64,000 nucleotides of DNA. Source: a virus (Duplodnaviria > Caudoviricetes). The notes below the pieces were generated by a model. That model had not been told where the DNA came from. It saw only the letters and a list, made by a program, of their open reading frames with translations, and did no database searches. The position numbers and the translations under genes were made by a program. The stretch's first letter is position 1. Each line of letters opens with the position of its first letter. The stretch is taken from the IMG/VR virus record IMGVR_UViG_3300028591_000098, positions 64,001 to 128,000 of that record; one strand, 5' to 3'. Shown piece after piece: positions 8,019 through 18,128 of this stretch.

Positions 8019-11000
8019 TTATGATTTATGTCTAATTGTCTTACCATCTATTTGCCATTTAGTTCCTTGTAATACTTGTTTCATTGCAATCATAATATCT
8101 TCTTCACCATATCTTGCATTTGCGCCAGATTTTTTAATTGGTGTTTTATTAGTATTAGTTGATTTTGACCATGGTGTTTCTATTACACCAGAAGTATTTT
8201 GATCTTTTACTATTGGTGTATAGTCTGAACCTCCAGTTTTGGTTGTTGATGGATTAGGTGTTGTAGAAGGATCACCACCAGTTTTAGTTGGGTCAGTTAA
8301 TGTATTATCATCTGTTACTTGTGCAATTTCAATACGTAATGATTGTCCTAATATTTCTTTAACATTATTAACTTGTTTTTCAATAATTTCTTGACGTTTC
8401 TTTTGAATTGTTTCTGCTTGATTTATAACATTCTTTGCATTTGTCAATTCTTTAGTCAATTTACTTAATTCTTCAGATAATTTATTTGCTATAGCATCTG
8501 TCAATCCATCAAGATTACCTAATTTATTTGCTAATATATTCATTGATTTAACAAATTCAGTAACCTTTGAAAGTTTAACTGTGTTTATTTTATTTACTAT
8601 ACCTGAAAATTCATCTAAGTCATCATTAAAATCTTCTAATTCATTATTTTGTTTAATTTGTGAAACTGCCTTATTTATATCAATAATACCATTGGAAAGT
8701 ACGTTAAAACCATTCTCTCCGACATCCTTAGCATTTTTTGCAGTATTTATAATGTTTTCTAATATTTTTCCTAATTCTTCAAAATCTGCAGTTATTGTTG
8801 AATTTTTTCCAAAAATAGAATCTATTAAATCAACATTTTTATCATTAAAATTACCAAAACCAATAATTGTTTTAATAACTTCTTTATATCCGTCTAATAA
8901 TCGTAAAATTTTTCCTTTTCCATTACCTTGTTCATCACCAAGACCAAATAAATCGTTGATTATTGTGCCATCACCTAATAATTTTTGTGTATTAACAAGT
9001 TGTTTAATAATATAATACATACTATTATTAAATGCTATACAATTATCTGTTCCCTTTTTAACAAAATTATAATTACTATTTATGAGTTTTACATAATTAG
9101 GTGATGAAATTAATTCAGAAATTGAATCTATTAAAGTTTTAAATACTAATAAAATATTATTTTTTGCAATAGTTGCAGTAACACTATTCCAAGGAATATA
9201 TACATATTTAGGTTTACCATTATTATCATAACCAGTTATAAGTGGGAATTGTCCTTTCGCATACATACCAATAATATATGCTAATGTTGTAATAGGTATA
9301 GATAATTTAGCTATTGCGTTTGCTGCTATCATTGCTGGTGCTTTAGATGCATCACCCGCAAATATTAATCCAGGTGCACCAAAAATATCTTTATTACCTT
9401 TAACTACACTGGTTATTGCATTACCAATACATGTTATTATCATATATATTCCTGCAGCTGCTCTACCAAAATCAACAGCAGTCATTAATCTATAACCCTT
9501 TCGTTTACCCGTTTTTTCATCATATATAGGTATTCTTAAAGATGCATAACTTTGAACAACACCAGCTAATAATGATAAAGGAGGAGCCATAGCCCCAATA
9601 GCTTTAGCTGCTAATATTGCAGGAGCTTTTGATACATCTCCACCAAATATTGAATCTGGTGCACCAAATACCTCTGTATTACCTTTAACAACATCAACTA
9701 TTGCATCACCTACTGTTGTAATAATTTGACCTATTCGATACTTTGCAGTTTCAAAATCAGTTTTTGACATTTTTTCAAAACCAACTATTAATCCATTTTT
9801 GTTGTATTTAGGAATTGTTAAAGTTGCATAGTTTTTAATAACGGTAGCCATATCGCTTAACATTTCAGACATAGCTGATAATGCTTTACTTACTTTTATT
9901 ATATCATCAGCTCTTTTAATCATTGGTGCAAATTCATCAACAATTGCAAATACAGCTTTCATTGAAGATACTAAACTACTTGCATCAAATGCTTTTATTT
10001 TAGATAATTTATCAATAGAATTAACAATTTTACCCATAGCATCGGCAACTACCCATATTGCGGCCGCACCTGCTAATACTACACCTATTGCGGCCATTAC
10101 TAATACAGATTGTGGGCCACCTAATGCTACACCTAATTGAAATAATCCAAAAGAAAGTATACCTAATACCGCAACTGCACCCACCACAACTCCTATAAAT
10201 GTACCAACACCGCCGGATTTACTTATTATTGCAGAAACTTTTGCAAAATTTTGAAATGCCTTTGATATAATCCAAATAGCACCTGCAACAACAAGTAATG
10301 CAAGTTCTCCTTTTTTAAGATCTTTTTCTGTTTTAGATAATTTATAAAGTATAAATGCAACACCACCAGTAAGGACTAATGTGGTTATAACAAAACTCCA
10401 AATATTACCTGACATATTTGGATCTTCTGACATCATATTACCAGCAAACAATAATACTCCACCAAGAACAAGAACTAATAATGTAAACTCTAAAGCTATC
10501 CATTTGTTTTTTTCAATTCCTTGTCCTGCTAACCATAATGCTATTCCAATACCAATTACAAATAATGCTAAAACAGCCGCAAATCCCCATACTGCACCTT
10601 TATCCAATTCATTATAGAATATTGATCCAAATAATAATACTATACCACACACTGCAACTAATGTACCAAATCCAGCAATTCCAACCATATTACCTTTCAT
10701 ATTTTTAGTTGCAATTTGTATAGCGAATGATATGCCAAGTATGAATAAGAATAATACAGCAGCAAAACCAAGTAATGAACCTTTATCTATATTTTTATAT
10801 AACATTGCACCAAAGATAAGTGTAAATCCTGAAAGAGCTATTAAAATACCAAATTCAGCCATTCCTACAGTAACCTTTTTCAATATTTGTGAAGCTGAAC
10901 CTTTTTCACCAAATATTTTTCCTGCTAGCAAGCATGAACCCCATAACGCTACGATCATTCCAAGTACAAATAATCCTAATGTTGTGGCAAATTCAACCAA

Positions 11001-13103
11001 TGATTCCCAAGGTATAAATTGATATAACATTGCACCAAAGATAAGTGTAACTCCACAAATAGCAATAAATGTACCGAATTCTTCCATTCCTTTTAATCCT
11101 ACTGAAATATTATCGGAATTAATACTAACAGCTTTTGTAGTTAACCAAATAAACGCACCTAATACTACCGCAAATAACGTAGCACCAACAATTAATTTTT
11201 GACTAGCCAATAATCCTGCCAATATAAGAATTACACCCGCACCTATAACTAATTCTGCCAAACCTCTTAATATTGGACCAGAATCTTTAATATCTCTAGA
11301 GTTTACTAATATTACCGATGTTATTCCACTAATAAGTACTCCTAACATTATAGTAAACTCAGTTATATTACCTAAAATTATAAATGATGATATAACACTT
11401 ACAAATAATAACATACTTGCACATGTAACAATTAAAAAGTTTAATTCACGTAATGAACTAAATAATAAATTAAAATTTTTATTATCTATTACAGGTAATT
11501 TATTATATAATGTAATAAGTGTTGATAATCCATTAAATAATTTTTCTAATAATTGTGTTTTAATTGTTGCAAGAAATAATATACCTATAGAAGGAAGTGA
11601 ATCAACAATAGTATTTATATATTTAACAAATAATACAAAATTATCCATTGTTTTCGAAATATCACCTAATGGAACATTATTATTTATTTTATTAAATATT
11701 TTTTCTAAGTTGTCAACAACATCTTCCATGAATTCAAAACTATCTATTACTTTAGATTGTTTTTTCTTATCAAAATCAACTAATTGAAATAATACATTAA
11801 TAAAGTTTCTTACATTATTTATTATTTTAGTTGATTTATTTACATCCGAACTTATTTCTTCTAATGAAGTAATTATTTCTTCAAAACCATATGTCAAATT
11901 ATTTGCCATTATATTAAAATTACGATGCATTCTAAATAATTCTAATAAACTAACGTCTGTTAATTTTAATATTGCATCAATAAATAATGACAATACAATA
12001 ATTGATTCTTGTTTTGATTTTTTTGATTCTACTGCCTGTTTATTTAATGTATCTAATAATTCACCTAAATCTGAATCAATAATATGATTTAATAATATTA
12101 TTTTAAATTTTGAATGTATTATATCTGAAAGTTTAACGGACGCAATTTTAGATATTGCATCAACAATATAATTTATTGATACAATGTTTTCATTAATAAT
12201 TTTTTTATCAATTTTAAACTGTTGTAATTTATTTAATAATTCATATAAAACATCAAAAGTTGATAACATTTCTCTAACGTTTTTAATAGAATCAGAAATA
12301 TTTTCCAAACTATTCATTGCAGAAAAAATGTCCTTTATAGATATTATTTTATCATCACCTCCAGCTATAACTTTTTTAATTGCTTCTAAACGAGCATACA
12401 TACTATTATCTATACCTGGTAAATCATTTAAATCATTATCTACAAAATTTTTGAAGTTTTCTATATTTTCACTACTTAATGATATAACATCCTTTTCTTT
12501 TAATTGTTCATTAATAGTATTAACTGCTTCAAATATATCATTAATATTATTTATTATTTTGTTTTTATCTAAATTTATATTATTAAATTCTTGTACACCA
12601 TTAGCCAATGAATTTATTACTGCCACAACTTCAGTAAAAAGTTCCAAATCACCAGGATTTTTAGGATCTGTAAATTTAATTAGTGATTCAAGCATTTTTG
12701 TCAAATCACTTGTATTAGATATAATTTCAATAATTAGTTTATTATTTACACCTTCTTGATTTTTTATATTATTTGTTTTATTGGTGATATTTACTTTTTT
12801 ATAATTTTTATTATCTTCAATAATTTGTTTTTTAATATCATCAATTGTATCTTTTATATTCTTAAAAATTCCACCAGAAATACCTTTTTTATCTTCTTTT
12901 AATTTTGACAGAACATTATTTTCATTTATATCTTGTCCAATTAATGTTCCATAAATTGCACATAATACGGCTAATTGATCAACTTGTATTTCTTCAGATT
13001 GATCATTACCTGCAGGAAGTTTAGGACCAAATTGTTTAGTATTTTTATTTATTTCTTTAACATTAGAATTTAAAGATGACAATATCTCGTTTTTTTTGGC
13101 CAT
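8019..13103 (-). CDS. tape-measure-like protein with a multi-helix hydrophobic centre
   Basis: 1694 aa, helical; central Gly/Ala-rich hydrophobic repeats (G.TLIFGAMLY); adjacent to the tube-like gene. Confidence 0.7.
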   Translation of the reverse strand: MAKKNEILSSLNSNVKEINKNTKQFGPKLPAGNDQSEEIQVDQLAVLCAIYGTLIGQDINENNVLSKLKEDKKGISGGIFKNIKDTIDDIKKQIIEDNKNYKKVNITNKTNNIKNQEGVNNKLIIEIISNTSDLTKMLESLIKFTDPKNPGDLELFTEVVAVINSLANGVQEFNNINLDKNKIINNINDIFEAVNTINEQLKEKDVISLSSENIENFKNFVDNDLNDLPGIDNSMYARLEAIKKVIAGGDDKIISIKDIFSAMNSLENISDSIKNVREMLSTFDVLYELLNKLQQFKIDKKIINENIVSINYIVDAISKIASVKLSDIIHSKFKIILLNHIIDSDLGELLDTLNKQAVESKKSKQESIIVLSLFIDAILKLTDVSLLELFRMHRNFNIMANNLTYGFEEIITSLEEISSDVNKSTKIINNVRNFINVLFQLVDFDKKKQSKVIDSFEFMEDVVDNLEKIFNKINNNVPLGDISKTMDNFVLFVKYINTIVDSLPSIGILFLATIKTQLLEKLFNGLSTLITLYNKLPVIDNKNFNLLFSSLRELNFLIVTCASMLLFVSVISSFIILGNITEFTIMLGVLISGITSVILVNSRDIKDSGPILRGLAELVIGAGVILILAGLLASQKLIVGATLFAVVLGAFIWLTTKAVSINSDNISVGLKGMEEFGTFIAICGVTLIFGAMLYQFIPWESLVEFATTLGLFVLGMIVALWGSCLLAGKIFGEKGSASQILKKVTVGMAEFGILIALSGFTLIFGAMLYKNIDKGSLLGFAAVLFLFILGISFAIQIATKNMKGNMVGIAGFGTLVAVCGIVLLFGSIFYNELDKGAVWGFAAVLALFVIGIGIALWLAGQGIEKNKWIALEFTLLVLVLGGVLLFAGNMMSEDPNMSGNIWSFVITTLVLTGGVAFILYKLSKTEKDLKKGELALLVVAGAIWIISKAFQNFAKVSAIISKSGGVGTFIGVVVGAVAVLGILSFGLFQLGVALGGPQSVLVMAAIGVVLAGAAAIWVVADAMGKIVNSIDKLSKIKAFDASSLVSSMKAVFAIVDEFAPMIKRADDIIKVSKALSAMSEMLSDMATVIKNYATLTIPKYNKNGLIVGFEKMSKTDFETAKYRIGQIITTVGDAIVDVVKGNTEVFGAPDSIFGGDVSKAPAILAAKAIGAMAPPLSLLAGVVQSYASLRIPIYDEKTGKRKGYRLMTAVDFGRAAAGIYMIITCIGNAITSVVKGNKDIFGAPGLIFAGDASKAPAMIAANAIAKLSIPITTLAYIIGMYAKGQFPLITGYDNNGKPKYVYIPWNSVTATIAKNNILLVFKTLIDSISELISSPNYVKLINSNYNFVKKGTDNCIAFNNSMYYIIKQLVNTQKLLGDGTIINDLFGLGDEQGNGKGKILRLLDGYKEVIKTIIGFGNFNDKNVDLIDSIFGKNSTITADFEELGKILENIINTAKNAKDVGENGFNVLSNGIIDINKAVSQIKQNNELEDFNDDLDEFSGIVNKINTVKLSKVTEFVKSMNILANKLGNLDGLTDAIANKLSEELSKLTKELTNAKNVINQAETIQKKRQEIIEKQVNNVKEILGQSLRIEIAQVTDDNTLTDPTKTGGDPSTTPNPSTTKTGGSDYTPIVKDQNTSGVIETPWSKSTNTNKTPIKKSGANARYGEEDIMIAMKQVLQGTKWQIDGKTIRHKS

Positions 13104-13136
13104 ATATTATTTTTACAAACATTTTTATTTCTTATA

Positions 13137-13145
13137 TAAAAATAA
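13137..13145 (-). promoter_or_regulatory. candidate late promoter motif TTATTTTTA
   Basis: About 34 nt upstream of the tape-measure-like gene; recurs at other structural operon heads. Confidence 0.5.
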
Positions 13146-13178
13146 AATAAATGCCTAATATTTCAAAGTTTTTCACAT

Positions 13179-13212
13179 AAAAAAATGACCAACTCTTACG
13201 AGCCAGTCATTT
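13179..13212 (-). terminator. intrinsic terminator after the OmpA gene
   Basis: AAATGAC...GTCATTT stem followed by a T-run on the minus strand. Confidence 0.6.
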
Positions 13213-13235
13213 AATGTTTCACCTTTTATAAACTG

Positions 13236-14360
13236 TTACTTATTTGTAACAACTGCTACTCTACCTGTTGTAGGACCAAATACTACTCCGAGACCTTCAA
13301 CAGTATCTACTCGTGCGCCTCTATCGCGAAGATATTGTGCAACAGCTTCAGCTCTCTTCAATGAAAGTGCCTTGTTATACTCTGTTGAACCTTCACTAGA
13401 TGCATATCCACGTACTACATAAACTCCATTTTGTCCGAGCTTATCAAGTGTTTCCTTGGCATTTGCATCAAGTTCAGCACTGTCAAATGCGAAGAATACA
13501 GTTTCCTTTACACCAAATCCTGTTGCTTCCTTTACTGCATTAGTTGCAGGTACTTCCTTAACAACTACCTTTTCAATTACCTTAGGCTTCTTAGCAAGTT
13601 CTGCATTCAAACGTTCATTTTCGGCAATCATATCACCAACATTATATGTCTTGAAATGATGTGTACCATTTGAAGTCTTAAAATGATAAGCATAACCAAC
13701 TATTAAACCAAGTTGTGCATAATTCTTGTTAAATTGAATATCACCTGTTTCACTAAGATTCCAATATACACCTGGAGATACTGTGATAGTATGTTCCTTA
13801 GCTTTACCTACATTAAATGCAAAATCTACTGCTGTCTTAGCAACCAATGCATTTTTATTACTTGTTACATACCAACCACCAAGGGGTGCCTTAGGTGAAT
13901 ATGTACCAAAATAATGCAACCAACCTAAACCTGTATTTGACTTAATTTCAAAGAAACGTGGAGTTCCTTGATATCCAAATAAAAGATTAGACCAATTGAT
14001 TACACCATTCAATCCAACAGTTGTGGCTTTAATAAATGTATTAACTTTACCAGCCTTATGTACATTAAATGAACCAAATGTTGGAATAGATGCATTTACA
14101 CCCTCACGATAGAAATTATCACCAAAAACTGCCATACCTTCAACTTCCAACCCAAATACTGGAGTGAGTTCCTTACCAGCCTTAATACCTACAACAGTAT
14201 TAATAGGGAACATCTTATTGAAGTTAAGAGGAGTTGTAGCACCAACTTCTACGCCAACATAAGTGTTATCAAACACCTTTGAATTCTCAGTAGCTACCTG
14301 AGCATTAGCTGTAAACATCATGGTCAATGCCATGACAATTGTCAAAATAAACTTTTTCAT
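13236..14360 (-). CDS. OmpA-family outer membrane protein (Bacteroidota type)
   Basis: Sec signal (MKKFIL...ANA|Q); beta-barrel-like N-domain ending YAYHF; coiled linker; OmpA C-domain (VFFAFDSAEL, GYASSEG, YNKALSLKRAEAV). Confidence 0.9.
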   Translation of the reverse strand: MKKFILTIVMALTMMFTANAQVATENSKVFDNTYVGVEVGATTPLNFNKMFPINTVVGIKAGKELTPVFGLEVEGMAVFGDNFYREGVNASIPTFGSFNVHKAGKVNTFIKATTVGLNGVINWSNLLFGYQGTPRFFEIKSNTGLGWLHYFGTYSPKAPLGGWYVTSNKNALVAKTAVDFAFNVGKAKEHTITVSPGVYWNLSETGDIQFNKNYAQLGLIVGYAYHFKTSNGTHHFKTYNVGDMIAENERLNAELAKKPKVIEKVVVKEVPATNAVKEATGFGVKETVFFAFDSAELDANAKETLDKLGQNGVYVVRGYASSEGSTEYNKALSLKRAEAVAQYLRDRGARVDTVEGLGVVFGPTTGRVAVVTNK

Positions 14361-14428
14361 TTTCTCGTTAAATTAAAAATTAATTAATATATTTTGGATA
14401 TAAGATATATAATCATTATATCAATTTT

Positions 14429-14458
14429 AATATAGATTTATTTTTTTATTTTTTTCAA
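14429..14458 (-). promoter_or_regulatory. candidate early promoter for the OmpA gene
   Basis: TTGAAA-18 nt-TATATT. Confidence 0.55.
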
Positions 14459-14473
14459 TATTTTTTAATTTTT

Positions 14474-15004
14474 TTAAAATATACGTGATAATTTATCTAC
14501 TTCTTTTAATGCAGTAGGTATTCTATATTTACCATGCATTTTAAATACATGCCAAGGAGCAACAATTGGTGCAGCTGTTGTTTGAACATATAATGGTTTT
14601 TTTGATTTACCTCTAAATACTTTACTAGATATTTTGTCACAATCACCAAAATTATTTTTTGCTACACCATATACAATTTTACTATGTCCATATTTAATTA
14701 AATAATTATGTAAATGATCACCTAATCCGCCCCATTCTTTATCCCCAACTTTTAAAGTAATATAACCATCTACAATAACTGCATGAATTTTGTCCCATAA
14801 TTCTAATTGTTCTTTAATAAATTTTTTAAGTATTTTCTTTATACCTGGAAGTTCCCTTTTATAAAACTCTCCTGGAACATAATCAAAAGTTACTTTGGTA
14901 TATATTGTATCTGAATAAATAATTTTATCATCTTCTAATTTAAATACAACCAATGATGTATTACATACATTATCTTTATAATAAGAATCTAATGCTAAAA
15001 ACAT
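14474..15004 (-). CDS. endonuclease V family protein
   Basis: LALDSYY, YVPGEFYKRELP, VDGY, GVAKN, RG.SKKPLYV and RIPT motifs. Confidence 0.85.
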   Translation of the reverse strand: MFLALDSYYKDNVCNTSLVVFKLEDDKIIYSDTIYTKVTFDYVPGEFYKRELPGIKKILKKFIKEQLELWDKIHAVIVDGYITLKVGDKEWGGLGDHLHNYLIKYGHSKIVYGVAKNNFGDCDKISSKVFRGKSKKPLYVQTTAAPIVAPWHVFKMHGKYRIPTALKEVDKLSRIF

Positions 15005-15006
15005 AA

Positions 15007-15234
15007 TTATATTTTATCAATTTTTTTAAAATATGCATCTGGATGATTTTTCTTAAATTCAGTATCTTTTATAACACCTTTAGATAGACACATACAATAT
15101 TCGATATTATTTAAATCATCTGCTAGTCTATCACAATCATCAGATAACTCACAACAATTACATGGATTTTTATCATTAACTCCCCAATCATCCAAATAAT
15201 AACCATTATATAACCTATTATTATCAATTTGCAT
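15007..15234 (-). CDS. Cys-rich hypothetical protein
   Basis: ORF track; CxxC and further Cys residues. Confidence 0.6.
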   Translation of the reverse strand: MQIDNNRLYNGYYLDDWGVNDKNPCNCCELSDDCDRLADDLNNIEYCMCLSKGVIKDTEFKKNHPDAYFKKIDKI

Positions 15235-15436
15235 AATTTTTTTTCCTATTATTTTTACTTTTTAATGATTGCTCATAAATTTTAGGTGAAGAATTATAAT
15301 TTTTAGGTATATTATTCGGTATTTTATATTTTTGAATTCCTCTATATTCTTGACCTTTAATAATCATCAATAATTCATTAACCTCTTTTACTGTTAAATT
15401 AACTAATTCTTCAGAAATTTCTTGAATACTACTCAT
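15224..15436 (-). CDS. ribosomal protein bL12 (L7/L12) N-terminal domain fused to a basic tail
   Basis: MSSIQEISEELVNLTVKEVNEL...K..EY.GI matches the Bacteroidota bL12 N-terminus as recalled (EELVNLTVKEVNELA..LK.EYGI); no hinge or C-terminal domain. Confidence 0.8.
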   Translation of the reverse strand: MSSIQEISEELVNLTVKEVNELLMIIKGQEYRGIQKYKIPNNIPKNYNSSPKIYEQSLKSKNNRKKNYAN

Positions 15437-15437
15437 A

Positions 15438-15785
15438 TTAAATTATTAAATGTGTTATTTTAATATTCCTGATTTTACCATTTTTTATTATTGGTTGATA
15501 ATCCATTTTCCACATCGTATTAATATGTGAATTTATAAATCTAAGTTTATTATCATCTATAAGACGACGAATATCATTACCTTCAAATATCCAATTTTGG
15601 TCAACCCATATTTTAAACCATTCTTGAATACAATCTTTCAAACATTTATGTAACAAAACATTTTCTGCAAAAATCCAATATAAATTTCGTTTCTGTTCAA
15701 ATTCTACATAGACATGGCGAAATTTTTTATTATCTTTTGTATATAATTCAAATAAAATTTCTGATTTTTTCCAAAATAAACTCAT
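15438..15785 (-). CDS. hypothetical protein
   Basis: ORF track. Confidence 0.65.
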   Translation of the reverse strand: MSLFWKKSEILFELYTKDNKKFRHVYVEFEQKRNLYWIFAENVLLHKCLKDCIQEWFKIWVDQNWIFEGNDIRRLIDDNKLRFINSHINTMWKMDYQPIIKNGKIRNIKITHLII

Positions 15786-15787
15786 AA

Positions 15788-16039
15788 TTATTTAACAATA
15801 ATTTCAATTTGTCCAATATTTGTATTATACCATTTTGATGTTACTCTAAATACCTTCCAATCATTATTGTACCAAAGTGTAATAAAATCACCAATATTAG
15901 GTATCATAAAATTTGGATATATTATAAGAGAAACATTACCAATAAATTCAAATGGATGTAAATGCCAAAATCCTTTATCTAAACTAAAATGAACATTATT
16001 CATTTTTTGACCACCCATCATTTTTTCAAAATATTCCAT
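15788..16039 (-). CDS. hypothetical protein (probable start MEYFEK)
   Basis: ORF track; ATG follows the upstream stop as TAATAATATG. Confidence 0.6.
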   Translation of the reverse strand: MEYFEKMMGGQKMNNVHFSLDKGFWHLHPFEFIGNVSLIIYPNFMIPNIGDFITLWYNNDWKVFRVTSKWYNTNIGQIEIIVK

Positions 16040-16043
16040 ATTA

Positions 16044-16367
16044 TTATCTATTTGCAATTTCTATAAGTTCATTTACTAAGTTTTCAACACCTTCATCATT
16101 ACCAAGAATATCATAATTATAAAGAATATCGTAAATAGACTTGGCAATACTTTTACGTACCTTTTCTCCATCTAATGAATATATTGCACAATAATGGGAA
16201 ATAGGAGTAGATTCAATCCCAAATTCATCCCTTTCAATACAGAAATAATCGTTTGTTAATTCTCGAATAGCTTTGAGTATCTTACCAAATTCATCGTTAT
16301 CACGAATTTCCCAAAGCTTCATTTCTTCATCAAGTGTCATCTTAGCCATATTATTCAAATTTTCCAT
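16044..16367 (-). CDS. hypothetical protein
   Basis: ORF track; start may be the internal ATG at 16349. Confidence 0.65.
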   Translation of the reverse strand: MENLNNMAKMTLDEEMKLWEIRDNDEFGKILKAIRELTNDYFCIERDEFGIESTPISHYCAIYSLDGEKVRKSIAKSIYDILYNYDILGNDEGVENLVNELIEIANR

Positions 16368-16698
16368 TAACGATTTTTGAAGGTAATTTATAAGCCCAAT
16401 TCAAATATTTCTTAAATGCTTCAAAATCAGTAAAATCTTTAGTCATAAAAGGATCAAATCTATCAATATCTATATCTGTATGTGTTGAAAAATGAATATA
16501 AATATTACCACTAAGAGAAGCAGATATTCCTACCAAAAGCCAAGAATTATCTTTATGAATCATATTTAAGGAATTGTCATATGCTAATCTATAATTGTCT
16601 TTTAAATAATTACGAACCTCTTCTGTGTTAGCTATAATTGGGCATTTAGGAAGAATTTTTCCTCCACAACTTTTGTAAGTATTAAATGGCGCTTTCAT
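16351..16698 (-). CDS. hypothetical protein
   Basis: ORF track. Confidence 0.65.
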   Translation of the reverse strand: MKAPFNTYKSCGGKILPKCPIIANTEEVRNYLKDNYRLAYDNSLNMIHKDNSWLLVGISASLSGNIYIHFSTHTDIDIDRFDPFMTKDFTDFEAFKKYLNWAYKLPSKIVNGKFE

Positions 16699-16727
16699 AT
16701 TAAATTCAATGTTTTATATACTAACTA

Positions 16728-16874
16728 TTATTTATTGTCATTAACACCCGCTTCATAAATCTTAGTAACCATTCTCTTAATTGCCTTCTTTCTATCAATA
16801 GGACTGGCATAATAAGCATTCAAAACTTGATGAAGCTCAGTAACTAAATTTCCAATTCTAACTGCTGTAGTCAT
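16728..16874 (-). CDS. 48-aa hypothetical protein
   Basis: Own translation MTTAVRIGNLVTELHQVLNAYY...; first ORF after the promoter motif. Confidence 0.65.
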   Translation of the reverse strand: MTTAVRIGNLVTELHQVLNAYYASPIDRKKAIKRMVTKIYEAGVNDNK

Positions 16875-16899
16875 ATTTAATTTAATTAATTACAAATAC

Positions 16900-16929
16900 A
16901 ATATAGAAATTTTTTAAAAAAAATTCAAA
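16900..16929 (-). promoter_or_regulatory. candidate early promoter
   Basis: TTTGAAT-17 nt-TATATT. Confidence 0.65.
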
Positions 16930-16937
16930 TATAATTA

Positions 16938-16965
16938 AAAAAAGGAGTAACTTAAATTACTCCTT
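16938..16965 (-). terminator. intrinsic terminator
   Basis: AAGGAGTAA...TTACTCCTT stem plus T-run on the minus strand. Confidence 0.7.
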
Positions 16966-17293
16966 ATTTCATAAATAAAATTTCTTTACCATAAACTTCT
17001 GCTGTAAATTTTTCTACTTTACAACCTCTAGAATTTTCCCACCCAGGACACATTAATATAGCATCACATAATATAACTTGTTCTATATCTCTTCCCATAT
17101 AATAAGCTGTCTTCTCAATTTGAAGATGATTACCTAATGCTTCATCATCAATATGATTAGCATCTATTGGAGAAATATAATCATATTTTGGGTATTTCAT
17201 CTGTAAATATGTCTTTGCACATTCATTGCGTTTATAAACAGTATCTTCTTGAAATGCTATTGGTAAAGATATGTAAATTTTCTTTTTATTCAT
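16964..17293 (-). CDS. DUF4406-like (nucleoside deoxyribosyltransferase fold) protein
   Basis: KIYISLPI ... YM..DI..V..CDAILMCPGWENSRGC.VE pattern. Confidence 0.75.
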   Translation of the reverse strand: MNKKKIYISLPIAFQEDTVYKRNECAKTYLQMKYPKYDYISPIDANHIDDEALGNHLQIEKTAYYMGRDIEQVILCDAILMCPGWENSRGCKVEKFTAEVYGKEILFMK

Positions 17294-17295
17294 AA

Positions 17296-18072
17296 TTAAT
17301 GTTTAATATCTTGACTACCAAAACCTTTATCACCTCTTTGTGAATTTGACATTACACTATTATATGTTTCTTCATCAGCATCAACATATTCATCATGGAA
17401 TATAGGAATAAGCATCATTTGTGTTAATTTATCTCCACAATAAACAATATTTTCTTTACTATGTTCTAATACTTCTTTAGTATAAGATACTGAAAGATGT
17501 ACAAATCCTGAATAATCCTCATCCACAAGACATGCACGTACATCCCAACCTTTATTTCCCATTCCTGATTTATTAACATATAAACCGGCAACACCAATTC
17601 CAAGTTTTCTTAAAAGAGATACTATATCTTGATCATTTTTATCTGACAAAACAGTATCTAATGCTATCTTAATACCAGAATTAATAAATAAAGTATCATT
17701 AGGACAAACTTTAATACCTACTTTATTATTTTCTTTATCATAAACTATAAATTCATCTACAAAACTATAAACACCTTGAATTAATGAATACTGTTTTGTT
17801 TCTTCTAAAATTGGATTATAAAAACCTAAAAATAAATGTATTAAATTAGGAATTTGATAATCAGGAATTTCTGGACGTAGTTCTTTTAATACAATATTAA
17901 AATATTCTATTAATTTTTGAATATCTTCTGTTGATTTCTTATAAGATTTTTCAAAAGCAATTAAAGCTTTACTAATTTGTTCATCTGTTTTTAAATTTGG
18001 AATATAATAATCAGAACCTGCAGATGTAAAACTGTTTGTTGGTTTTATACCAAATGCATTGTAACATTTCAT
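17296..18072 (-). CDS. dut: trimeric dUTPase with a large insertion
   Basis: Motifs SAGSDY, KSG, LVDEDYSG, KLTQM and RGDKGFGS. Confidence 0.85.
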   Translation of the reverse strand: MKCYNAFGIKPTNSFTSAGSDYYIPNLKTDEQISKALIAFEKSYKKSTEDIQKLIEYFNIVLKELRPEIPDYQIPNLIHLFLGFYNPILEETKQYSLIQGVYSFVDEFIVYDKENNKVGIKVCPNDTLFINSGIKIALDTVLSDKNDQDIVSLLRKLGIGVAGLYVNKSGMGNKGWDVRACLVDEDYSGFVHLSVSYTKEVLEHSKENIVYCGDKLTQMMLIPIFHDEYVDADEETYNSVMSNSQRGDKGFGSQDIKH

Positions 18073-18128
18073 TAAATTATGTTAAAATATATTTATATAC
18101 TAAAATAGAATTTTTTATAAATTAAATT

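Noticed and set aside
8581-12759. Plus-strand ORFs opposite the tape-measure-like gene, and similar antisense ORFs elsewhere (e.g. 23330..23809, 39782..40168, 57405..57758)
   Set aside because: Shadow frames of well-supported genes, with no motifs and composition mirroring the sense codons.
15217-16057. Two ORFs both starting MQIDNN
   Set aside because: The second begins at a TTG inside the upstream gene's last codons, and its likely start is the ATG at 16039. The short AT-rich match is too weak to call a repeat.
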